From contig JAJPKP010000071.1 in assembly GCA_021323675.1 (NCBI GenBank), positions 64,969 through 128,968 on the forward strand: 64,000 nt of DNA, read 5' to 3'. The DNA comes from Pseudomonadota bacterium. Lineage in GTDB: Bacteria; Desulfobacterota; Binatia; Binatales; Binataceae. Both the position numbers and the translations under genes were made by a program. Shown one piece after another: positions 46,250 through 55,843 of this stretch; position 1 is the stretch's first letter; every line of letters starts with the position of its first letter. The notes beneath the pieces were generated by a model. It was not told where the DNA came from. It worked only from the letters and a program-made list of their open reading frames with translations, and searched no databases.

Positions 46250-47770
46250 CTAAGGGTTGGCGCCTATTTCAGCCATGGAGATGCCCTCGACCGCGATCGC
46301 CGGCACAAAATATGTCTCGGCCGAGCCCCACACTATGGTAGGAACGATCTTTGACGCGACTGCGATGGGCCGGCTGAACACCTCTGAGATATTCGCGTTG
46401 ATGCGCAGACAGTTGGGCGCGAGCGGTTCAGCAATCTTTCCGTCGCGAATCAGGTAGGAGTCCCCGCTCACGGTGCAGGTGAAGTCTCCCGCGCGCTGAC
46501 CATTGATAGGATAGGTGTACCAGACGCGCCCGACATAGAGTCCGTCGCCGACCGCCTCGAGAATCGCGCGATCCGAAACTCCACCGCGCGCCCGCATGAC
46601 GACATTGGTTCCCGCCGCGCCCACGTCCGCATCGAAGCGCCGTCCGCCGCCCTCGCCCAGCCGATATCCCGCCGACGGCGCAAACTTCGCATCGCCGCCC
46701 AACCGTCCAAGTTTTTCGACCCGCTCCGCGTCAGTCTCCAGCCGATGTGAGTCGTAAACATTGGAGAGCAATCCGACCAGGCGTCCGCTCTTGATTAGAT
46801 CGGTCCTGCGAGCGGGCAACCCCTCGCAGGTGATCTTGCGATGCACGGGCCCCGTGCGCAGCGCGGGATCGTCGAGAAGTGACAGACTTTCGTCGATAAT
46901 GCGATCGCCAAACCGGCCCTGGTATGCGGAACTCGCCGCGAAAAAAGCGCCGGTCGTAAGCGACCCCATCACCATGTAGTTGAGGATCTCCGCGACTGGC
47001 TGCGGACCCAGCACCACGCGATAACGTCCCGACCGCGGCCGCACTTCCGCGCCGAGCCGAAGCGCGCGGAGCACCGCGTTGCGTCCAAGGCTCCCGGCCG
47101 CGGTACGCATCCGCACAATACTCCCGCCGACGGCGCTGTCGGTACCTTTGGCATCGATCGATTCGACAAGTGCGGTCACGGACGAGACAAAATGTGCGCT
47201 CTCGTCGGTCCGAATCTCGGGGAAGTTGGAATTCGCAAGCGCGATTCGATCGTGAACTATCGTCACGTCGCCGCCAATCACGAGGCCGGGCGATCGGGAA
47301 GCGGGCGTGTATCTCGCGCCAAAGGCGCGCAGCGCGCCGTCCACTACCCGCCATGCGCACGAGGCAAGAGCGCCGTCGCTGGCACGCGCCAGATCGCCCG
47401 CGGCAGTGGGACGACGCGGCATCTTTTCGGTGTCGCGAGCCAGCCCGGGAAAGTGCGGATCGATGATCGCCGCTCGACGGGCACGATCGACGGCTCTTCT
47501 CAGGGCGTCGCGGCTCAAATCGCCGGCCTCCGAGGCGGTGCCGACTTCGTGCGGATTTCGGCGCATCACAACCCGCACTTGAAAGCCATCGGCGCCCAGC
47601 GACTTTATCTCCTCGACGCCGCGGCAAGGGATGTCGGAGGTGTAGGACAGGCGCGCAATTCGGCTCAGCGAAGAAGCGCAATAGACCTCGAACTCGGCGA
47701 ACTCGGGATGCCGCGACAGTTCGGCAGCGGCCGCGCGAGCGAAGCGCTGAAGTTCGCCAAGCGGCAACAT
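46250..47770 (-). CDS. TldD/PmbA-family metalloprotease homologue
   Basis: PmbA_TldD C-terminal domain. The start ATG 47770 overlaps the stop of the upstream paralogue (TGATG). Confidence 0.8.
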   Translation of the reverse strand: MLPLGELQRFARAAAAELSRHPEFAEFEVYCASSLSRIARLSYTSDIPCRGVEEIKSLGADGFQVRVVMRRNPHEVGTASEAGDLSRDALRRAVDRARRAAIIDPHFPGLARDTEKMPRRPTAAGDLARASDGALASCAWRVVDGALRAFGARYTPASRSPGLVIGGDVTIVHDRIALANSNFPEIRTDESAHFVSSVTALVESIDAKGTDSAVGGSIVRMRTAAGSLGRNAVLRALRLGAEVRPRSGRYRVVLGPQPVAEILNYMVMGSLTTGAFFAASSAYQGRFGDRIIDESLSLLDDPALRTGPVHRKITCEGLPARRTDLIKSGRLVGLLSNVYDSHRLETDAERVEKLGRLGGDAKFAPSAGYRLGEGGGRRFDADVGAAGTNVVMRARGGVSDRAILEAVGDGLYVGRVWYTYPINGQRAGDFTCTVSGDSYLIRDGKIAEPLAPNCLRINANISEVFSRPIAVASKIVPTIVWGSAETYFVPAIAVEGISMAEIGANP

Positions 47771-49350
47771 CAAGCGGCTCCTCCCAGGCGCGCCCGCGAA
47801 CGCAGCGTCGGCCCGCCGTTCGACATCCGCTTTACCTGCATCGGCTGCCCCTTGCCGCAATTCGGGATCGCAATCAGGCGAAGATCATTGCCGACTCCGT
47901 CCACGTTCATGAAGAACCGCTTGGAATCGGCAATCACGCTGCCGGAGCGGTAGAGCCGGCCCAATCGGCCGTTTTCGATTGCATAAACGCGGCGAGCCGA
48001 GATACGGAAGTTCTCGCGCGACTCCGCAATCGAAGGAACGAGATTCCCGCACACGTAGTAGCCGTGGTCAACTTCGGCAATCAGGCGCTCCGGAGAACTG
48101 TCACCCGGCAGAAAGAACGTGTTCGACATCCGGATTAGCGGGACGTGCCACATCTCGCTGGCACGGACAGATCCGTTGGGTTCCACACCCAGGACCGCGG
48201 CAGTCGCTCGCGAGTTGAGGAAGCCCGCGAACACTCCCCGGTCGATATGCATCACGCGACGCCCCGCCGTTCCTTCGTGGTCGTAGCGGTAATGGCCGTA
48301 ACCGTCGAGCGAAGGATCGGAGCATGCCGAGAGTATCGGCGAGCCGACGATGCGGCCGATCTCGCTGTCCGCCAGCGAGCGCAGAAACCAGCTCCGGCCG
48401 GCATACGCCGCCTCCATCTTCAAGGCGCGGTCCGCCTCGCTCGGATGACCCACGATTTCGTGCGCGATAAGCGCGTTGAAGTGCGGATCGGTTACAACCA
48501 CCACCTCGCCCTCGGACGGTTTGAGCGCGGGTGCAGCCGCGAGTTCCTGAGCCTCCTTTGCGAGATCGAGTGCAAACTCGCCCAAGGTTGGATTCGGCAT
48601 CAGCTCGCTTTGCCATCCTTCCTCAAGGCATTCGATGCCGCGTTGCTGGCCGATGGTGTCGTAGCTTTCCTGATGGCCGTCGCGGTTCTGCGCGACCACG
48701 TAGCAATCGCCCTGCGAAAACGAAAAGGCCTGCGTAATCACGCTGCCGGCGGTGTTGAGGAAGAGCTCGCGCCTGTATTCCGTCATCGCTGCCGCGACGT
48801 TGAAGGCGATGGACGAGCCGAGCGCCTTGACTCCGCGCGAAGCTTCAAGCGCGAGCTGCTTGAGTTCGTCGATATCGATGCCGCGCGGGTCGCGCTTGAA
48901 GGTCGCTTCCACAGAGTCGCGGATTGCGGGCGGATCGGGAACCTGCGCGGCGGCGAGGCTTCGCGCCGCGGAACCCATCGAGGCGACGATCGCCGCTTTC
49001 TCGCGCGCGCTGGCGCGCGCCCGATCGAAAGCTTGTTCGAGTGCGCCGCGGATTACGCTGGGCAATCGCGCGGGCTTGCGCGCCAGACCGCCGATTTCGG
49101 CTCCCGCCTGCCCATGCCCGACAACGCCCGAGCGGTCGGCAACCTGAACCGCAAGTCCGAATGCCGCGTTTTCGCTTTCGCTGCTGTCGCGCGGCTCGCC
49201 GTTGGTGGCAGCGGCGGAGCGGCCGGCCACAACTTCGAATCTGAGGTCGATGCAGGAAACACCGCGATGACTGCGCGCGAAACGGCGCAGAAGGCCCTCG
49301 CCTTCACGCTTCAGATATTCAACCGCTTCGAACAAATCCCGTTCGGCCAT
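47770..49350 (-). CDS. TldD/PmbA-family metalloprotease homologue
   Basis: TldD-like, with the HEIVGHPSE HExxxH motif. Confidence 0.8.
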   Translation of the reverse strand: MAERDLFEAVEYLKREGEGLLRRFARSHRGVSCIDLRFEVVAGRSAAATNGEPRDSSESENAAFGLAVQVADRSGVVGHGQAGAEIGGLARKPARLPSVIRGALEQAFDRARASAREKAAIVASMGSAARSLAAAQVPDPPAIRDSVEATFKRDPRGIDIDELKQLALEASRGVKALGSSIAFNVAAAMTEYRRELFLNTAGSVITQAFSFSQGDCYVVAQNRDGHQESYDTIGQQRGIECLEEGWQSELMPNPTLGEFALDLAKEAQELAAAPALKPSEGEVVVVTDPHFNALIAHEIVGHPSEADRALKMEAAYAGRSWFLRSLADSEIGRIVGSPILSACSDPSLDGYGHYRYDHEGTAGRRVMHIDRGVFAGFLNSRATAAVLGVEPNGSVRASEMWHVPLIRMSNTFFLPGDSSPERLIAEVDHGYYVCGNLVPSIAESRENFRISARRVYAIENGRLGRLYRSGSVIADSKRFFMNVDGVGNDLRLIAIPNCGKGQPMQVKRMSNGGPTLRSRARLGGAA

Positions 49351-49422
49351 CGCGCGTCAACCGCGTAACCATAGCCCAGCGTCACGCCCATCGCGAGAAT
49401 CAAAGGGCAGCCGGCAAAATCT

Positions 49423-50172
49423 CTACTGGACGCTGATCGGAATTCGGACATCGAACTCCGAGTCGATGGGAGCGCCGTCCTTTGTCGCTGGAAAAAACCG
49501 CCATTGCTGGAGCGTGTCAAGCAGGATCTGGTTGAGGCGTGGATTTGCGGTCTCGGTGGTCAGAGAAACGCTGACCTGACCGCCGGAGGTCACCTTGAAG
49601 TGGGCGACGGCGACGGTTTGAATAGCGTCCTCTCGCAAATCATCGGGAATCTCGGGCATCGGCGTATATATTGCGCGGGCGCCGAGACTGTCGGTACCGA
49701 TTCCGGTCCCGCCGCCTGTCCCGGTGACGGCCTGCTCTCCCGTGCTTTCCCCGGTCAATCTTCCCTTTTCTTCTGCCGTCGCGCCTTCGGGGGCAGCGGG
49801 AGCTTGCGCGGAATCGGACGGTGAAGTGGCGCCCTTGTCGGACGGCGGAGGCGGCGGCGTTTCCGGCTCCTTGTGATGAACTGCGGGCGGCACATGGGCC
49901 GGCCGGGTCTTCGGCTTCGCCGGGGCCGGAGCGGCAGGCGCGGAAGCTCCTGTTCCCGCAGCGAGACCGGCGGCGGGCTTCGGCGGCAACTCCACGATTC
50001 GCGCCTCCAGCGGCTTTGGTTCGGATCCCGGAGGCTGCGATCGCTCCAGCATCAGAGCGAAAGCGGCCAGCAGCCCAGCCCATAACAGGAGCGCGGCGAT
50101 GACGACCCAGGGGAGCCGCTTCCACGGATCGTCCAATTCGGGCATCCGCGGCAGGTGCGCAGCAGGGTTCAT
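49423..50172 (-). CDS. energy transducer TonB
   Basis: N-terminal TM anchor, Pro-rich spacer, and a TonB C-terminal domain. Confidence 0.75.
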   Translation of the reverse strand: MNPAAHLPRMPELDDPWKRLPWVVIAALLLWAGLLAAFALMLERSQPPGSEPKPLEARIVELPPKPAAGLAAGTGASAPAAPAPAKPKTRPAHVPPAVHHKEPETPPPPPSDKGATSPSDSAQAPAAPEGATAEEKGRLTGESTGEQAVTGTGGGTGIGTDSLGARAIYTPMPEIPDDLREDAIQTVAVAHFKVTSGGQVSVSLTTETANPRLNQILLDTLQQWRFFPATKDGAPIDSEFDVRIPISVQ

Positions 50173-50570
50173 TGGCGCTTGACGGCGATGAGAAACTGCT
50201 CGATGCCGGCGCGCCGCGCCTGCAGCATCGCTTGTACGACGATCCCCTCGGGAGCGGCGCTATCCGCATTGACGACCACGCTCTTGTCCCCCTCGTGAAG
50301 CATCGATTTCAGCGTCTCAGCCATCGACGTAATCTCGGTCGGGGTTTTATCCACAAAGACTCGGCTGTCACGGGTGATGGTGATCGTGACCGGCTCCTTT
50401 TGCTGAAGGTTGTCCGCGCTGCCCTGCGGCAGATTCACCGGGATGGAGTTGAGGCTTTGCATCGACAGCGAGGCAAGCATGAACGTCACCAGCAGAAAGA
50501 ACATCACATCGATCATTGGAATAATCTCGATGCGGCCGTGACGATATTTGCGTGAACGCCGGAGCTTCAT
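50169..50570 (-). CDS. ExbD/TolR biopolymer transport protein
   Basis: 133 aa (MKLRRSRKY...IPMIDVMFFLLVTFM). ATGA overlaps at both ends. Confidence 0.85.
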   Translation of the reverse strand: MKLRRSRKYRHGRIEIIPMIDVMFFLLVTFMLASLSMQSLNSIPVNLPQGSADNLQQKEPVTITITRDSRVFVDKTPTEITSMAETLKSMLHEGDKSVVVNADSAAPEGIVVQAMLQARRAGIEQFLIAVKRQ

Positions 50571-51253
50571 ACCGCCGCCCTGCCTTCGTCCGAGTCCTCG
50601 AGTCGGCCGCAAGCGCGCGCGTCTCCCGCTTCGTTGTCCAGCCGGATGTGATCGATGAGCTTTGAGCCCAGGCGTTCCATCTGATCGAGCGCTTGCGATT
50701 GCGCCCGCGAGAAGTAATTGAAGCCAAACAGCGCGATCAGCGCGATCAGCAGCCCGAGCGCGGTCGCAATCAGCGCCTGTGCAACTCCCGAAGTCACTTT
50801 TGCCGGCGCGACCAGGCCCGATCCGCCGATGATCTTGAACGCCTCCATCATGCCGGTGATTGTTCCGAGCAGGCCCAGCAGCGGCGCGGCGGTCACGACC
50901 GTTTCGAGAATCCACAGTCCCCGGCCCAGCGTCGCTTCGATGCGTCCGGCCTCGTCGCCGGCGCGCGATTCGATCCACCACGCCGGACGAGATCGGTTGG
51001 ACGAAATGACGCCGAAGAATCTTGCGTAGGCGTTGTGCGGGCCGAGCCGCTCGATTTGCCGGTTCAGATCGTTCCAGGCAAATCCGTAGGTTTCGATCAG
51101 CGCGGCCATCTCGCCGGGAAGCCGCAGGCATCGCCAATACGCGACCGCGCGATCGATCATGATCGCAAGCGCAAGGGCGCCGAGAGCCAGCAACGGATAG
51201 ACCATCGCGCCCCCGTAGCTGATCGCTTCCCACGCCAGTTTCAATTCGTTCAT
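50567..51253 (-). CDS. MotA/TolQ/ExbB proton-channel protein
   Basis: Three TM helices and the conserved LGLLGTITGM motif. Confidence 0.85.
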   Translation of the reverse strand: MNELKLAWEAISYGGAMVYPLLALGALALAIMIDRAVAYWRCLRLPGEMAALIETYGFAWNDLNRQIERLGPHNAYARFFGVISSNRSRPAWWIESRAGDEAGRIEATLGRGLWILETVVTAAPLLGLLGTITGMMEAFKIIGGSGLVAPAKVTSGVAQALIATALGLLIALIALFGFNYFSRAQSQALDQMERLGSKLIDHIRLDNEAGDARACGRLEDSDEGRAAV

Positions 51254-51286
51254 CGTCGCACCTCTGAGATCGATATTCAGATCGGC

Positions 51287-53674
51287 TTATCGCGGCGGCG
51301 GGTTCGTGAACGGCAATTCCCACCCGATTCCGCCATAGACCGCGCGCCTGGGACCGTATTGCGTCGCAAAGACTCCGATGCCGGTGCCGTTGCGAATCTG
51401 GTAGATGTGGTCGAAGAGATTCACGACCGCGCCTCTCACCACGAAGGCGCCCGCGCCGGGAATCTCGAACCGCTTGTTGATTCCTACGTTAACCTGCACG
51501 TAAAAGGGCATGTTCCCGGTATTGGCGAACCCGCGCCGCAGACCGCTTCCGTACAGGCCGTCCATCGTCAGCATCCAGCCCTTCATGCTGTAGGCCGCTC
51601 CCGCCGAGGACGTGAAAGTCTGATCGTGATCGAGAAACACGTAGCGATCGCTTATGTAGTGCAGCTCGTTCTTGTCGAAGTTGAACTGGCCGGACGTGAT
51701 CTGATTGCCCTGCGCAACGCTGTAGGTGAAATTGCCGTAGGCGCTCAGATTTTCATGGCTGTATGACGCGGTGGCCTCGACGCCGTAGTTGCGGCCCTTG
51801 TTGTAGTTGAAGTTCTCGTAGATAAGCGCGGGCCCGAACTGGCCTTCATCGATCACCTGGCTCGCCTTGCGAAAGTACGCGTCGACGCCAAGATTGAAAC
51901 GCGGCACGATCTCCTGCGCTATTCCCGCATCGAAGTAGTGGTCGCGTTCGACGGTCGGCGTGCTGTTGGCGCCGCTCGGCGGAGCGCCCGTCGTGTTTTC
52001 AAACAGTTTGATCGAAGTGGAAGGAACCATCTCGGTATCGGGCGGTGTGAAATAGCGCGCGTAGCCCGCGTGCAGAGCGGTGCGCTTGAATGGAGTGTAG
52101 GTGATGCCAACGCGCGGACTGGCCTGATCGGCGCGCACCAGGCCGTCATACAGATCGAATCGCACGCCGTAGTCGATCGTTACGGGCTCCAGCGGCTTCC
52201 ATTCGTCCTCGACGTAGCCGCTGTAGTACCAGGCGGTGATCGCGGTGTTGTCGGTGATCGAAATGGGCACCGTTTGAGGCACGCCGCCGACAATCGGAAA
52301 GGTTGCTTCATGGTTGTCGATCTCGGCGCGCTCGCCCCAAAAGGAACCGCCGAACCGGAAAACGTGCCGCGCGACGCCTCGATACGCCATATCGGTTTGC
52401 AACCCGCTGGCCCAATCGCTGCGAAAGGCCTTCGACGCCGCGCCATTGAAGATCAGGTCGCCATCGTGATCGGGATAGAACGACACCGTGGAATAGCGGC
52501 TGAATGGCGCGATCTGGTAGTCGAAGTTCCGGCCTATCGCGCCCTGCAACGCGAAGATCCCAAAGTAGTTCTGCTCGAACTGGCGCTCGTTGACGTCAGC
52601 CGATGGGTAGATGGGAACACCCTTCAGCGTGAACACCTGCGGCTGATTGGGATTGGCCGGGATGTGAAAGTAATTGATCGCCGTGCCCGTGATCAGGCTG
52701 AGGCGCGTCGTCGGATTCAGAAAGTAAGAGAAGTATCCGAAGCCCGATCCCTGATTGGTGTCATCGTTGATCGGCGTGGGTCCGGGGGTGGGCGGTTCGA
52801 GTCCGCGATTGCTGCCGAAATACTGACCCGTCATGAAGTAGCTGAAATTCCCCTTCGAGCCGCCGTACTCGAAGCTCGGCTGTTCAGTGCCGCGTTGACC
52901 GCCCCGAAACTCCACCGATTGCACGTCGTCCTGAAGGCCGTCTTTGGTCTTGATATCAACGATCCCCGCGGTCCGAAGCCCGTACTGCGCCGGCAGGACG
53001 CCGGTAAGCAGACTGATTTCGCGTGCGAAACGCGGCGTGAGTATCTGTCCGAATTGTGTAACGCCCTGCGGCAGTAGAATTCCGTTGAGGCGATACTGCA
53101 GATTGCCGTGATCGCCGCGCACATGAATTGCCCCGTAGGAGTCCTGAACCACGCCCGGCGCCTGAAGGAGCACCTGGTTGAGGGAGCTGTTGTTGCCCTC
53201 AGGGAGCTGCTGAATCGCCTTTTCGGTGAAGGTGTAGCTGCTGCCTCCGGTAGTTGGCGATAAACGGTTGCGCGCCCGATCCAGCCGGCGGGCGACGACG
53301 GGCAGGCTCAGCAAGGCCTGCGATTGCATCGCGATTTCAAGCGCCCTGGAGCCTTTCGCGCTCACTGTCGCGATTGCAACCGCGGTCTTGAAAGCGGGTT
53401 TGTTTACGACCACGGCGAAGGTTCCCGCCGCCACGCCGTGAAACACGAATTTGCCGCTCTGGTCGCTGGTCGTCCGCGCCACCGCTCGTCCATCGCGCGC
53501 CTGCAAAACCACCGCTGCGCCATCGATCGGGCGCCCTAGGGCATCCTTTACAATTCCCGTCACGGTTGCCCTCGCGCTCCTGGGACTTTCCGCCGCGCGA
53601 GCAACCGATCCGATCGCGGCCGCCTGGATTATCCAGAGGGCGGCCGCAACGACTCCAAACCGCCGCATCATCAA
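51287..53674 (-). CDS. TonB-dependent receptor with N-terminal carboxypeptidase-regulatory-like domain
   Basis: Signal peptide, CarbopepD_reg-like domain, plug, and a 22-strand barrel ending in an aromatic residue. Confidence 0.85.
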   Translation of the reverse strand: MMMRRFGVVAAALWIIQAAAIGSVARAAESPRSARATVTGIVKDALGRPIDGAAVVLQARDGRAVARTTSDQSGKFVFHGVAAGTFAVVVNKPAFKTAVAIATVSAKGSRALEIAMQSQALLSLPVVARRLDRARNRLSPTTGGSSYTFTEKAIQQLPEGNNSSLNQVLLQAPGVVQDSYGAIHVRGDHGNLQYRLNGILLPQGVTQFGQILTPRFAREISLLTGVLPAQYGLRTAGIVDIKTKDGLQDDVQSVEFRGGQRGTEQPSFEYGGSKGNFSYFMTGQYFGSNRGLEPPTPGPTPINDDTNQGSGFGYFSYFLNPTTRLSLITGTAINYFHIPANPNQPQVFTLKGVPIYPSADVNERQFEQNYFGIFALQGAIGRNFDYQIAPFSRYSTVSFYPDHDGDLIFNGAASKAFRSDWASGLQTDMAYRGVARHVFRFGGSFWGERAEIDNHEATFPIVGGVPQTVPISITDNTAITAWYYSGYVEDEWKPLEPVTIDYGVRFDLYDGLVRADQASPRVGITYTPFKRTALHAGYARYFTPPDTEMVPSTSIKLFENTTGAPPSGANSTPTVERDHYFDAGIAQEIVPRFNLGVDAYFRKASQVIDEGQFGPALIYENFNYNKGRNYGVEATASYSHENLSAYGNFTYSVAQGNQITSGQFNFDKNELHYISDRYVFLDHDQTFTSSAGAAYSMKGWMLTMDGLYGSGLRRGFANTGNMPFYVQVNVGINKRFEIPGAGAFVVRGAVVNLFDHIYQIRNGTGIGVFATQYGPRRAVYGGIGWELPFTNPPPR

Positions 53675-53777
53675 CTCCGATACGGTTCAAGGACCCCGCG
53701 ACAGATTCCGCGCACCAGCGCGCGCCAATCACATTCGCGAGTTCGTAAAACTCAAATCGTCTGGAAGAAATAACCGC

Positions 53778-54167
53778 TTAGAGCGAGGCGGGCGGAGCGC
53801 GGCCGAAGTGATCTTCGAGCGCCATTTGCGCCGGCTCGATCGCATCAACCGCGGCCGGCGCGTGCGCGAGAATCGGCGTCGAGACAGACGCCTGAGAAGG
53901 AGCCGCTACCACCGGGATGTGGCACGCGAGACAAAGCGCGCAAAGCTCGGACGCCGCGGCCAATTCGGCCTGCGCCGCGTTCTGCGATCGCGAGAAGCCG
54001 TGAAAATGCGCGGCTCCCGCGAGCTGAACGAAAACAATCAGCGCGGCCGCGAAAACGGCCAGCGCCGGACGGCGCGGCGATCGTTCGGACTGGATGTTGG
54101 TATTCAGGCGCCTAAGCCTCTTGCGCAGAGTGTCTGATTTCGTATCGCAAAGCAATTGCAAGTGCAA
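53778..54167 (-). CDS. small membrane-anchored Cys/His-containing protein (DUF2946-like)
   Basis: TM segment followed by AAHFHGF...CALCLACH. The start is uncertain. Confidence 0.35.
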   Translation of the reverse strand: MHLQLLCDTKSDTLRKRLRRLNTNIQSERSPRRPALAVFAAALIVFVQLAGAAHFHGFSRSQNAAQAELAAASELCALCLACHIPVVAAPSQASVSTPILAHAPAAVDAIEPAQMALEDHFGRAPPASL

Positions 54168-54194
54168 GTAGATTGTGCTTTTCTCGGGCCTGCG

Positions 54195-54668
54195 ATGAGT
54201 ATTCCATCCGCCGAACGGAACAAAGGGGGAAATCCACCGCCGGCCCGGCTCTCATCCGCCACGCAAGACGCGCGAACGGTCCTCAAAGGCGTGGGACTGC
54301 GCGGAACCGCCGCGCGCCTCGCGGTCCTCCGGCACATGCTCGAGACGCCGGGGCCCCTGAGCCACTCCGAAGTGTATGCATCGCTGGAAAGCGGCGGTTT
54401 TGACGCCGCGACCATCTACCGCAACCTTATCGAACTGACTCGCGTCGGCGTCCTGTCCCGAGTCGACCTCGGCGATCACATCTGGCGCTTTGAAAAGAAA
54501 CCAGCTCCGCGTAAGCGCCGCATAGCGCATCCCCACTTCGTATGCGACGAATGCGGCAGCGTAGCCTGCCTTGATGAAGGCGATGTGAAAATCTCGGGCA
54601 CACGCGGAATCCGCAGCGTCGGCGAAGTATCGAGCATCACGGTGAAAGGCCGCTGCCGAAAGTGCTAG
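54195..54668 (+). CDS. Fur-family transcriptional regulator (Fur/Zur/PerR type)
   Basis: Winged HTH plus an HPHFVCDECG...C metal site. Start set at ATG 54195. Confidence 0.75.
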   Translation: MSIPSAERNKGGNPPPARLSSATQDARTVLKGVGLRGTAARLAVLRHMLETPGPLSHSEVYASLESGGFDAATIYRNLIELTRVGVLSRVDLGDHIWRFEKKPAPRKRRIAHPHFVCDECGSVACLDEGDVKISGTRGIRSVGEVSSITVKGRCRKC

Positions 54669-55111
54669 ACCGCTCAAGCGGGCTTTCCCCTATTCTTCTG
54701 CTTGCGATTGTACCGGCAATTTTTCTTGCGGGATGCGAACTGGGCGCCGAACGCGGCGGCTACATCCCGTTTGCACAGCGCGACCCCGCGGTTAAGGCTT
54801 TTGCACTGCTACTCAACTATTACGCGTGGATCCTTGCGACGAACGGGGTTGCCGCTTACCGCGACGGTCCGGCGGGGGTGAAGTATGCGAAGGCGGCCTG
54901 CGCCGACACCTCGTGGAAGAACGCGGCGGTGCTGGACACCCTTGCCGCCTCCTATGCGCGCGATGGAAAATTCGACCTGGCAGTGAAGTGGCAAAAGGCC
55001 GCGATAGAGGCGAGCGGAGCCGGGAGTTCTTCGGTCTTTTCTCGCCGGCTCGATCTGTACGAAGAGCACGAACTTTGTAGTTCCGGACAATCGGCTTTCC
55101 CCTGGTTCTAG
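54662..55111 (+). CDS. hypothetical lipoprotein
   Basis: GTG start. Lipobox FLAGC. Confidence 0.45.
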   Translation: MLDRSSGLSPILLLAIVPAIFLAGCELGAERGGYIPFAQRDPAVKAFALLLNYYAWILATNGVAAYRDGPAGVKYAKAACADTSWKNAAVLDTLAASYARDGKFDLAVKWQKAAIEASGAGSSSVFSRRLDLYEEHELCSSGQSAFPWF

Positions 55112-55112
55112 A

Positions 55113-55829
55113 ATGGAAGAATCGCTCGATACGCTGGAGGCTCTTCGCGGACAGATAGCAGCGATCGAGCGCGACCTTGAGGCCGGTTCTTACCGGCCGG
55201 GCCCGTGGTCCCGGCTGACAAAGCAGGTGCGAGCGATGCCCGTCGATTCCCGCTGTTTGGTGGCCGAGGATCTGTCGCGCATCAGCCGCAAATTGCATCT
55301 CCGTGGCGAACGCCGGACGCTTTCGGTCCGCGCCGGCTACATCGCGGAAGCGATCTTCGCGCTGCTCGGCGCCGTCATCCTGGCCTTTGGCGCTGGAAAT
55401 CGCTCGAACGTTCTTGTCATTTTGGCCGCGTTGATATGGACGACGGCGTTTCAGCCCCTGATCAAGATCGGCACAGGGCACTTGCTGGGGATCGGCTATG
55501 AATATGCGTACCTCTACGGCATCGAGCCGCGGTTCAAGATGCGATTCGGCCAGTACCTGTCGAAGCCGCGCTATGTGCGCCTGCTGTTGCATCTGTCGGG
55601 CATGATTGGATCGCCGATCGGTGCGTGCCTGCCGATTCTGTTCATCGCGCCGACGATGCGTGTCGCGATCTACTTCTGCTGGGCGCTTTTCTGGATCGTC
55701 GTCGCGATCAACGTCGGCGCGTTTGTCGCGGCGCTCGCCGCGATCGGCGATCGTGTAGGTTCGGTGCGATTGACTGACAGCAGCGGCGGATTGGCCGCGC
55801 TGGAACTGCGCGAGGCCCTCGAAATCTGA
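55113..55829 (+). CDS. hypothetical membrane protein
   Basis: Five to six TM helices; no family recognised. Confidence 0.45.
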   Translation: MEESLDTLEALRGQIAAIERDLEAGSYRPGPWSRLTKQVRAMPVDSRCLVAEDLSRISRKLHLRGERRTLSVRAGYIAEAIFALLGAVILAFGAGNRSNVLVILAALIWTTAFQPLIKIGTGHLLGIGYEYAYLYGIEPRFKMRFGQYLSKPRYVRLLLHLSGMIGSPIGACLPILFIAPTMRVAIYFCWALFWIVVAINVGAFVAALAAIGDRVGSVRLTDSSGGLAALELREALEI

Positions 55830-55843
55830 GAAGGACTCGCTGG

